64,000 nt of DNA from Obrimoposthia wandeli (Eukaryota): NCBI GenBank assembly GCA_977020255.1, contig CDROCS010001044.1, positions 806,001 through 870,000 on the forward strand. Reading direction: 5' to 3'. The notes under the pieces were generated by a model. It was not told the DNA's origin. It was given only the letters and a program-made list of their open reading frames with translations, and did no database searches. A program made the translations under genes and the position numbers. Below, piece by piece: positions 40,930 through 51,571 of this stretch (positions are counted from its first letter, which is position 1; every line of letters begins with the position of its first letter).

Positions 40930-42256
40930 GTAAGATAATCTCCCACTCCATTTCACCAATCACTTCCGTTTAAAACAGTTGTCCCAGATTCAAATCATGC
41001 ACGTGCATAATCTGAAAGCAGCTTTTACTTTTAGCATTAAAGACATCTTAAATATATCATCAACTAACTACCTGACACTATTATAATAAATCTAACTTAT
41101 CTTCTTTGATGTAGTGCAACCAATTTGCATGGATTTAGATTTTGCTGAGGAATAAATTTTATTACTTTATTTACTGTCCCCATAACCTTTTCCACCTTTA
41201 ATTTGTAGCAAAGATAGTGACATATTATCTGCGAATTATGCAAAACTTTCATTGCTCTACCTGCTGATTTTATTCCAATCTACATCTTTATAATCAATGA
41301 CCGCCAATATTTCTTTATTAACCATATACAATTTTCTTAATCTTTTATTAAATTTAAAATCTCTGTTTCACACTCTGGGTACTGAAAATCTAAAACAGTT
41401 TTAAAAATAACTCCAATACTATTGTCAATATGGGTTACATAATATCCACAGTTAGATTCACAGAAATAATTTCTTTCTGCAATTTCGGTCGGTGTACTGC
41501 AGTTTTATCTGCTGAACCAATATTTATTGATATCTAAGTTTATTTACTAAAGTGTGTTTACATTCATTATAATCACAATCGAAAAGATTAGTATTAGTTG
41601 ATTTCGTGGTGGCCTTTTCGGGATCTAGCTCGAAGCGGAGATCAAAATTTAATTTGTCTTTCATTTGCAACATTAATCTAGTAGGAGAGCGGCTGCTCCT
41701 CCCGCTCCAGTCACGACACAATTTAAAAAAACGAGTTATGTAATTGCAAAAATCGTTACAAATACTTTAATTTTTTGTATTGCTTAATACTAATACTTTA
41801 GATACTGTGAAATTGGTATTAACACCATGATTACAGCTAGGAAGAAAGCCTCTAGTAGTAGAAAGAAAAGTGAACAGGAGACAAAAGTTGCAGCTTCAAA
41901 ATGTCAGTAACCGTAATTGTTTTTCAAAAAAGCGGTTATAAATGAAACAAAAATAACGTTTTTAAGATTGTATAGAAATTACAAAAATCAGTTACCCAAA
42001 AAGAAAATAAGGTTAACTGAGTAAATGCAATTTATATAGGCCAAAGTTTGTTAACAAGTGCTTCTTGGAAAACGCTTGTAAATAATCTATAAAAAACATT
42101 TACAAAAAAACATTTTTCTTTTTTATTTTACTTACTAATAGAAAATTACAATAATAAATTTACTTCAATACGTATTTACATATTTTTTTAGTTGTAAAAT
42201 TTACAAAGAAAGCATTGAGTAAGAAATTAAAATATTATAAAAAAGAAATTCAATTG

Positions 42257-42458
42257 GGATGGTTGGCTGGATGGATTAATGTATAATCTATGAATTAATA
42301 GATGGTGGCATGTACAAATGGATGAGTACACTTATGGATAAAATATGTCTGGATGGATGATGAATAGATTGGTGGAGTATTGTTTAATGGTTGAAGGGAT
42401 AGATGGCGGTATGTACGAATGGATGAGTACACTTATGGATAAAAGGTTGGGCGGATGA
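42257..42458. repeat. GGAT-rich low-complexity tract containing a 45-bp duplication
   Basis: tagatgg.gg.atgtac.aatggatgagtacacttatggataaaa at ~42299 and ~42401. Confidence 0.8.
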
Positions 42459-42523
42459 ATACGCAAATCTACCAATTAAGCATCTGGATTTGTGTATCCC
42501 TTACGAATATATCTGGCGTGTAG

Positions 42524-42662
42524 GTGTATCCTGGGAACTGACATGGTGCGACATGGAGAAGTTCTGACTGAGTTCAAGACGCAGATACCGCGGCTGCAGT
42601 CTCTTTTGAAGCAGAAGCAGCAACAGCCGAGATCTCGAAAGCAGTCGTATGGCGAGGATCCG
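42524..42662 (+). CDS. PDE9: PDE9-like catalytic exon (CILGTDMVRHGE...RKQSYGEDP)
   Basis: gtgtag acceptor in phase 2, TDM..H motif; donor gtgggt at 42663 (an alternative phase-0 donor gtaatt lies at 42672). Confidence 0.92.
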
Positions 42663-43764
42663 GTGGGTAGAGTAATTTCCGAGATCTTTTTATATTGGGT
42701 GATTTTTATTAAGCCTAAGTTATAGAGATGGTCACTCAAAATAGTTTTTGTTAAGTGACACTTTTCAATAAATTAATATGGTTATTTTAATACAACCTTT
42801 AATATGTTCTTGTCGTGTTTAGTTTTCAGATGTTTATTATTTTTGTCCTTTTTAAGTAAATATGGGATCATTCGAATAATATTTATAACAAGGCAAGAAT
42901 AACCCTGTTTTTAGTAAAGTTACATTGGTTGCATATGAAGGCGAGTATTAAATAATAACATTTTAATTCTATTTCACAAATTCTTAATTTTTCTAAGCCG
43001 TCCTATTTAGACGAAATGCTTCAGGTTGAACAACTGAATAATTCAACATATCTCGATTGATGATTTAAGTTTGACAAAAATTCAAGTCAACCGCCTTTTC
43101 AAGATAGTTCCAAACTGAAAGATCCAGTGAAATCATGAAATGTTAAAATTTACAAAAATATTACAAAAGCTGAAAACAATGAATTTCCCTTTTTGGGCGT
43201 ATCTGAGTAGCGATGATCTCTAGATTTAGGTATTATTAGGTATTTACGGTATTATTGATTTTTGGTGTTTGAAATGGATCCAACCAAATAAGGGTTTACG
43301 TACGATTATATAATATTGTTGGAAAAGAAACGCGATTGAAACTCATATCAAAGTTAATCTAAAGATATACAGCATGAGCCTTAATAAATGCAGAAAATGG
43401 TTTTAACAATTCGTACAAGGCGATGTTGAAGTATGTAACAAGGAAAGATTCAAGCGACCCAATATGAACATAGAAAACCGCATCCAGTGCTAGATTGACA
43501 AAGATAAGCAGGTCACTATAAGACAGATCGCTGACGAAACAGTCATCAAACAACACTGTCTGGAGACGCTGATTGTCATTATTGTTATTTTGAAACGTGC
43601 AAAAAAATATAAAGCACAACAACGTCAGCTTATTAAGTTGAAGAGCTGTTTTAAAACATTTTTCAATGTAAAATAATATAAAAAATTGCCCGTATGTTAT
43701 TTGAGCTTGATACTACTATCATAGAACATTGAAGTGCCCTCGTGACGATGACTGTATAATGCAG

Positions 43765-43923
43765 AGTCAACCACCACAGTCGTTGCAAGTAGAGCTGGAC
43801 ACCAGTCAGAGGGCCCTCATCATGCTGGTCATCATCAAGGCATGTGACATATCCAATGAAGCTCGACCCGCTCATGTCTCAGACCCCTGGCTGGACTGTC
43901 TACTGGAGGAGTTCTTTCAGCAG
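43765..43923 (+). CDS. PDE9: PDE9-like catalytic exon ([13 protein letters not shown]...[12 protein letters not shown])
   Basis: aatgcag acceptor; DISN motif; weak donor CAG|gttcca in phase 0 at the protein position where I recall a PDE9A intron. Confidence 0.93.
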
Positions 43924-46349
43924 GTTCCAAACCCTATCTTCTCCCCGGGAATTAGTCACATATTGAAAACTTGATTGGAAATAGAATAAGAATTCTTCAC
44001 CTCCAAATGATCTTAATGAATGAATTAATTTATGATATTACAGATATGTAGTTTGTGAATTTATGTTAACACGAACAATCACAAAGCATTTTAAAAGTTC
44101 CAGACATTGAAGTAAATAGTTAATAATAGCAAATATAGAATGAAGTATAATTATTCTTTTAATAAACTAACATAATAAAATAAATAAGATCATTTGGGTG
44201 TTAATTACATTTTGAATATTTTATTTCAAATAGACTAAATTTAAAAATTTCTATCTATTTTATCAATAAATCAACAACAAATATGCAAGGAAATTCTTAG
44301 CTTAGTTATTTGAGATCGGGAGAATAATGTCAAGGTCAACAGGTGTCAAAAATAGGTTTATATTACCAAGAATTCAAATAATTGTCGAAATATAGGTCCC
44401 CAAAAATATTGTTTCAGAAGATGTAACTCATAGTGTATTATCGACATAAATATATTTTTTACAAAAATTTGAATTAAAATAAATAATATGCACTCATTTT
44501 TGGTTTTTTAATAAATGTATATCCTTCATATTTTTTTTAATCTGACAAATTCGTGCTTTACAAGTGGTAAGTGATGCCTTTATATTATTATACTCGGTAG
44601 GTTTATGGATACGTAGCTCAATGTCAGTACTAGCTCGAAGTTAGGCTATTAAATAGGAGAATCGTGGAGGTCATGTAGAATGGGTAATCACATATTTTGT
44701 AATTAGTAATAATTGTATTTGCCTATTTGATAAAGACTATGCAGTAGCTTAATATTGAGCACTACAAACCTCAGGCTCTTCAATATGACTATTACTTAAG
44801 AGAATCCAGGATAAAGAAGTTGGAATCTTTGAGATGTCAGCGTGTACAAAACAAACAAGCTTCTCCAAATTGACAAAGCACCACAATAGATTTTGTTGCT
44901 GGCTCAAATGAATATGAAGAGCGTTTCAGCAAGCTGGTTCACATTATCAAACAAGTATCGCAACAGTATATGAACATGTCAATCAGATTTTTCGTGTTTC
45001 GTTTTCCTAAATGACTCTTCTCTTTGACAAACTAACTGAGAGTCAAAAGCAACGACAGCCTTAAATTATTGTACTGATTTACATAGTTGGATTTGACCGA
45101 TAATCGAAAATTAAATGAAAAAGGTTAATGGTTAGAATATGGTTAAAATAATTGTGTACTACGTATTTTTCTCAGAAGAATGTGATTAGAACAAGTTTTA
45201 CAAATTGTTGAATGTCTGAACATAAATGTTCTCAAAGATCATTGGGTGGTTATGGCAAAAAACAAAAACTGTTTCTACAAGGTTTGATTTTGCATAGTTG
45301 AAATAGTTATCTTTCTCATTAAAGGCTTTAATATAAATGTTTTCGAGAGTTCAAATAAAAGTAAAATTCGTCAAGTAAAGTTGTATTGCTCATTTTAAAG
45401 TGCTCCTATATTAACGAAATGTTTGTCGAAACTTTCCAGGGATATCTATAGATCCTGATAGGACGTAGATTCGATTTACCGAGAGGTAAAGTCACATGAT
45501 ATATAAACGTTACCGATTTTAATATTTTTATTTTAATTGTAATTATTTTTGAATATCATTAACCTTCCAATATGATGTGACCTTTCTTGTCAGTGAAGCG
45601 CAATTGCGACACCAAAGGTTCTAACTTTTATAACATTAGATGAAGTCGATGAATACAATTAGTCAGTATGAATACCATATTCTATTGCTAATAAATTTGT
45701 GATTTGGTGTTCTAGTGCATTAACAAACTCGATTTTGAATCTATTTTCCAAATTCAATGAATGTTGAAAATTGAGAATTCCGTAGATGAATTCAATATGG
45801 AATTTGCACTTAACATTTGAATTTTATTTGACTTATGACATATATTTCAGTCTCAAGTGCAAATTCGTGTTCTTTTCAGTTTGCAATTTTGATCCCTTCA
45901 ATTACATTTAAAAATTATTAACAATTGAGTTGTTTTCAACCTATACTAAATAAACCACATGATTAGTATTTAAAGCAAATATTGATATGATTGATACCCA
46001 TGTTTACTTGAAAAACAATTTAAAATAAATCGGTTACCATAAAATGAATAATAACCAATCAAAAAGTCACTGAAATTTCAGTCAATATTAAGACAGTCAG
46101 TTTCAGTCAAGGATGCATTTATTATGAAAAATGTGACTGTGTACCCATGCCACTAAAAGAAAATAAGTTCAGTGAATTACAGTCCATTTTAACAATGTTT
46201 TACATATTATATGTATCTGATGTCTCAGACATGAAATGTGGATTTAGATAAAGAAAATTAATTAAATTTTTTTTTTAAAATTATCATATATTTTAAATTA
46301 TTTTTAATATATGTTTTTAAAATGAGTCACTTTTTACTCACATTTTCTG

Positions 46350-46475
46350 ATAAAAGGTATAAACCCTAATAAACATTGACTAAATAATTATAAAAATACG
46401 TATTAAATAATTAAAATTTTCGTAAGAATATTAATTTTAAACATATTTAAAATGTGTATTTAAACATGAATATAT
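46350..46475 (+). repeat. Left copy of a ~126-bp direct repeat bracketing the nested gene
   Basis: About 90% identical by eye to 48855-48981 (~11 substitutions, 1 indel). Confidence 0.9.
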
Positions 46476-47302
46476 GAATATCTTTTCCAATAACGAATAA
46501 GGGATTTAAACATTTTGCTAATCAAATTGTTTATTGATCATTTGAAAAAAATTTAAATATATTATTTTCATCTTCGATAACTTCCTCTGAGATATCTGTT
46601 AAATACATACTTTTTTTATTTCATCAATTATATTTTTCGTTGCAATGAAATTCTCCAAATATGAGTTTGAATTACATGCTTACATGTTTTCATAACTTTA
46701 ATAATATTCTATCGTAGGCATAATTCAAGACCTCGATTTCACAACACAATTTATATTCTGATTATTAAATATCAGTTCTTAAACAAATTAATGAAAGTAA
46801 GATAATTCTGGTTTCTGATTACATAACTTTCTTCATCGAATTTGTATACATAAAGGAGAAAGTAGATCGGTAGATGAGTTCATTCACTTCTTCAACTTTA
46901 TTGTTTACTGATAGTACATTTTGAGAGGAAATCTAATATAATCCAACCCATTCATATGTTCTTAGATTGAGAATGCAATTTATTTATTTATTGAACGTCA
47001 TTCATTTTTCTATCACACTTAATTTATTAAAAACAGACGTATTTGATTATACATTTAATTGATTCATTTCACATTTTGAAATTCGTTTTAAGTAAATAAT
47101 CTCTTTTTGATACATGATAACCTAATTTGGATATCCATTGAAATAATTTGAAATAAGTTTTCACACATCTTAACTGTCTGTTTTTTGAATCTAATTTCAT
47201 TTCTCAAAAATAATTAAAATAATCATTTAGTTACACTGAATTCTCGATAGTGGCTAGACAAAAGACTGTTCTAAAACTACAGAATTATTTATATAATAAT
47301 TT

Positions 47303-47397
47303 GGCCAATAGAATATTTAGTAATGAAATATTTTACGATATCCGAATTATTCGTCATCATCGGGTATAAATTTAACACATCTTAAAAATTGTTCAAA
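47303..47397 (+). promoter_or_regulatory. Putative Pol II core promoter of the nested gene
   Basis: CCAAT at 47305-47309, TATAAA at 47365-47370 and an Inr-like TTCA with its A at 47395, 30 nt from the TATA start and 90 nt from CCAAT. Confidence 0.5.
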
Positions 47398-48726
47398 ATG
47401 TTTCAACAGAAAGACAATTTTGAAAATCCTCAAAGTGAAATCAAGATGGAAAAGAAATTAGAGAGCAATAATTTACAGCAGAATGCAAGCAGTTCTGTTA
47501 AAAAGGAATTGAATCTATTAAATGGAAATTCTACCAATAAGGAAAGTGACCAAGATGGAGACAAAATGGAAATCGATGAGTTAACCGGAAACTGTGAATC
47601 TCCGTCAGAGAGCAATAAAGTTGTATTTAATTCGTTGAAAAGGCGCATATTTATGCGAGTAAATGAATTGTGGGAGGTGATAAAGTCGACGAAAATAGAG
47701 GATATTCATGAGAAGATACCAAATGGCGTGAAAGAATTTGTATTTTTTGTTATAAAAAATGACGTGAAAGGTCCATTTTTGACGTCAGGACAAACTTGCA
47801 ATTTCCCGGATGATTGTGGAACTTGGGACCGCAGAAAGACAATGAAGTATCAATATATCATAGACAAGAAAAATCGTATCCAAAGCGTGGATCTGATTAA
47901 CGGTGTCTATGGAATCAATAAAATACAAGACAAAGTTCACAGCTTCATTCCTGTTGAAGAACAATTGACAGAAATTATCCAACTGTTTCGGACCTATTAC
48001 AAGCTGGAGAAAGTACCGGAATTCTGCAAGAGAGTGACTCATCTGGAGATGGCTCCAACCTCTTTTCAGCTACCAATTCCGAACATTGCCGTTGTGGAGT
48101 ATATCGGGAGAATACCAAAGAACACAGTGACGGAACAAGATATTGCGATGACTTCTGATGAAGAGAATCGCTGCTTAAAGAAGTCATCGAGAAAAGCAAG
48201 GAAAAAGCACGAACAAAGATTTTTAAATGTGGGGTTCATTGTGAAACTTCTCTGGGACATGTCCAACGGAAGATTGGTTGCTTTATCACAAATTCCATCA
48301 GGAATACAAGAAAACTGTTTCCATGTCGTCAAAGACACTGATGACCAAAGTATTAACAATAAAAACAAGTGGCACAAATTCAAGGACGAATGTGGCTACT
48401 GGGCCATGGAAGAGTCTTCCTCAGTGAGGGCCTACTACGACATGACTAATATGAGCTGCAGTCGCAACATACAGCGCCGGGGTGGTAAATTTGGGGCTCT
48501 CAAGAAGGGTACACACATATTCGAGCCATTCCAGATTCAGCCTCGTGAAGTGCTGACATTGCAGCGTACCTACTACAACCTCCGTGGGGACGACTCCGGC
48601 TACCAGAAGAGAGTCACGAGATTCTTGGGGGTCCCCAAGTCAATGGGAATGCCGCATAGTCCAGCAATCGCTTTAGTGGAGTATGTAGGTTGCCACCCCA
48701 ATCCTATGGGACACTATTTATATTAG
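47389..48726 (+). CDS. Intronless nested gene; protein of unknown function with two tandem ~160-aa homologous domains
   Basis: Uninterrupted 445-codon ORF in AT-rich DNA (first ATG 47398; better-context ATG 47446). The internal repeat aa ~87-243 versus ~277-437 shares IPxGxxE, FxD(D/E)CGxW, LxRTYYxL, KRVT and IA(V/L)VEYxG. Confidence 0.9.
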   Translation: MFKMFQQKDNFENPQSEIKMEKKLESNNLQQNASSSVKKELNLLNGNSTNKESDQDGDKMEIDELTGNCESPSESNKVVFNSLKRRIFMRVNELWEVIKSTKIEDIHEKIPNGVKEFVFFVIKNDVKGPFLTSGQTCNFPDDCGTWDRRKTMKYQYIIDKKNRIQSVDLINGVYGINKIQDKVHSFIPVEEQLTEIIQLFRTYYKLEKVPEFCKRVTHLEMAPTSFQLPIPNIAVVEYIGRIPKNTVTEQDIAMTSDEENRCLKKSSRKARKKHEQRFLNVGFIVKLLWDMSNGRLVALSQIPSGIQENCFHVVKDTDDQSINNKNKWHKFKDECGYWAMEESSSVRAYYDMTNMSCSRNIQRRGGKFGALKKGTHIFEPFQIQPREVLTLQRTYYNLRGDDSGYQKRVTRFLGVPKSMGMPHSPAIALVEYVGCHPNPMGHYLY

Positions 48727-48753
48727 CACCCTAAAAATATTATCATAAATGTA

Positions 48754-48759
48754 AATAAA
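48754..48759 (+). terminator. Putative polyadenylation signal of the nested gene
   Basis: AATAAA 28 nt after the TAG; the motif is common in AT-rich DNA, so support is positional. Confidence 0.45.
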
Positions 48760-48854
48760 TCAAATTTTAAAATTTATGCTTAATAATATTATGTTTCTAA
48801 GGGTTTCACAAATTTAAGTATTTCAAACAATATTAACAAAAACTATTTAATGAA

Positions 48855-48981
48855 ATAAAAGGTAAAAACCCTAATAAACATTGGCTAAATAATTATACAA
48901 CTACTTATTAAATAATTAAAATTTTCATAATAGTATTAATTTTAAACTATATTTACAATGTTAATTTAAACATGAATATAT
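48855..48981 (+). repeat. Right copy of the ~126-bp direct repeat
   Basis: Begins ataaaaggta.aaaccctaataaacattg and ends taaacatgaatatat, like the left copy. Confidence 0.9.
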
Positions 48982-49691
48982 TTCCACAGCATAATAATCA
49001 CATGTAAAAAAATTTCAAATGATGTTTCAACAATATACAGAAATTAACAAAAAGAAACAACATTTACATTAATAAATAATAGTTTTAATATTAAATAGTG
49101 TCAGTTTTATTTCTAAGATTAATGTCAAATGTATTACAAACTCAATTTTATAACTGTGAAGTAAAATTTTATTCCTATAAAAGCTTGTTTAAAAACCAAA
49201 AATAAGGCTTATATGTCGTTTGATATAATAAATATTAAATTCCACAGAACTTATTTGTTAATTGAAAACTATTATGAAATTTATTATATTTCCTTATTGA
49301 TTAAGTTACACAATTTCCTGACAAACATGATTTTGTTTCTAAATATATAGTGAAAATATAGTATTTAAAAATGTCTAAATTCAGAAAAACTATCAAGACT
49401 TTCTTCCGAAATTTGTTTACAACTAATAAGTACAACAGATTGGACGAAGACCAAACTGTAGTAGCGGAATATAACTCTCGTGATTCCTTTGAATACATAA
49501 TAAGGCAGCATGAAGAGCTTGGATAGAATAAATTTCGATTTCCCTAAAATATAATTCGACCATTTTGTTGATTTATTAATCTTGAACCGAAGAATATATT
49601 ATCTTGCTTTTCTTATAATGAATAGTTTACAAATTTGGTTAAACGTTTTTTAAGAAACTTATTATCTTTGATCATTTCTATTTTCACTTAT

Positions 49692-50181
49692 AAATTTAAT
49701 ATTTCATTTTGTTGTTTTGTCTATTTAATTCTTAAAAATTGCGTTTTAAAGAATTATGCTGGATTTTTATTTTTTTTTCTAACAAAATTTTAAATTACTT
49801 TATATAAACCTTATGGACTTCAATACAATGATTAAGATAAATTCACTTCACAATTTAAGATAATTCATTTCACTTCACAATTAAAGATAACTTCTGGAAC
49901 AAAGATGAGGACCAAATGTCTTTGTTCTACTTTTTAGGTGACTCATCGATGACTCATCGAACAAAGACATGACTCGTAGATGACTCATATCCTTTGTTCT
50001 TTTAAAGTACATATGACTCATCACATGACATCATGAGGTCACATGAGGTCAAGGTCATTTGATGTCAAATTTCTCCCGAAATTTAATATTTCATTTTGTT
50101 GTTTTGTCTATTTAATTTTTAAAAATTGCGTTTTAAAGAATTATGTTGGATTTTGATTTCTTTTCTAACAAAATTCTAAAT
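49692..50181 (+). repeat. ~100-bp direct repeat pair (49692-49795, 50079-50181)
   Basis: aaatttaatatttcattttgttgttttgtctatttaatt..taaaaattgcgttttaaagaattatg occurs twice. Confidence 0.93.
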
Positions 50182-50701
50182 GACATTTTCTATCCCTCTT
50201 TGATACGCACATTGTTTAAAGTAAAACTTGATATTATTCTGCTTGAATATAATTAACATATACATTGAAATCAATGTTACAGTCAGTCATATTATTTTCA
50301 AGTGTATCATAAATTCGTACTTTATCAGAAAAATTTAAAAGCTTCTTGAGCATTAGAATTTGTTTTTGAAAATATTCCACAATTTTAATTGTTTAAATTA
50401 TAGGGGTTTTTATTTAAATAAATGTAAACAATTATCTTTTGGCCCTTTCTAAATGTCATAGGCAATTCCATCAAATAATCAAATATTATCTGAAATATAT
50501 AATTAACGTTTTTAGCGTTTCTTTTGTATAATTACAGAATTATTTTGAGCTCGTCCCAAAAGTCTTGTGTGAGTATTGTATCTGACCCTTTATATATCTA
50601 TATGCAAAATTCAATTCTACTATGAGCGTCGCATTATGTGAATAGTCATTTACATTAATTGAAACAAATATGGATTTTCCATTATTCTTAATAGCGCTGA
50701 G

Positions 50702-50902
50702 GATTGTGAAGGAAACATTACTGGTTATTATAGAGGAAGAATATAAAAAGCTTTCAGATGTCTGAGGAAATAAAATAAAAGTTAGCCAGTTACACAACAA
50801 TGACGCATAATGCTGTTGAACGAGGTCCATGTTCTCCGAACTGTACCAATTATGTTACAAAATGAAAGATGTAAGCCGGAAGGGAATGCCTTGCCTGATA
50901 AT
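50702..50902 (+). repeat. 201-bp dispersed direct repeat, copy 1
   Basis: 11 substitutions and no indels versus 56117-56317. Confidence 0.95.
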
Positions 50903-51403
50903 GTGAGTTCTTTAGCAATTGGGCTTACAGATGGATGTGGCCTATTTTGGGTTTGTTTTACTTAACTTAGTCTCTAATCTGAAGTTTTTTTTACTATTGT
51001 GATGCGAGGTGTGTAAAGAGTTGTGTTCACAAATATAACTAATGTGGTTCCCACTAATTTGTGTGATGTGTAACGTGGTTGATAGTGCTCTACAGCTATA
51101 TGTGTGTACCTGAAAAAGGAAAGAACTATATTATTACACCAACTAAAAATGTTTTAACAATTTGACAAGTAGGTTGTCTAACAACAATTATTTCAAACAC
51201 ACCGTAACAAAGAGATGACACCCTATTAGTTTACACTTCAACAATCTTCCTAGTAACTTAAAGATTATGTGGTTCGATCTCCGGTTTACAAGTCTTCACT
51301 AATATAATTCAAATTTACTTTATATAAACCTTATGGACTTCAATACAACAATTAAGATAAATTCAATTTCAATATAACTTGATAGACTTCAATATAAAGA
51401 TTT

Positions 51404-51571
51404 AGATAATTCACTTCACAATTTAAGATAATTCACTTCACAATTTAAGACAATTTACTTCACAATTTAAGATAATTCACTTCACAATTTAAGATAATTT
51501 ACTTCACAATTTAAGATAATTCACTTCACAATTTAAGATAATTCACTTCACAATTTAAAATAATTTACTTC
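51404..51571. repeat. 22-bp minisatellite x~7.5
   Basis: Unit agataattcacttcacaattta. Confidence 0.96.

Noticed and set aside
47430-48383. Minus-strand ORFs 47430, 47785, 47975 and 48066
   Set aside because: Antisense shadows of the 445-aa ORF.
46350-48981. Direct-repeat cassette as a canonical LTR retrotransposon
   Set aside because: No gag/pol, TG...CA ends, PBS, PPT or TSD visible.
34770-51295. tRNA/SINE-like boxes (ggttcgatc at ~34773 and ~51271; gtagctcaatg at ~44613)
   Set aside because: Isolated box-like words with no cloverleaf or paired A/B boxes.
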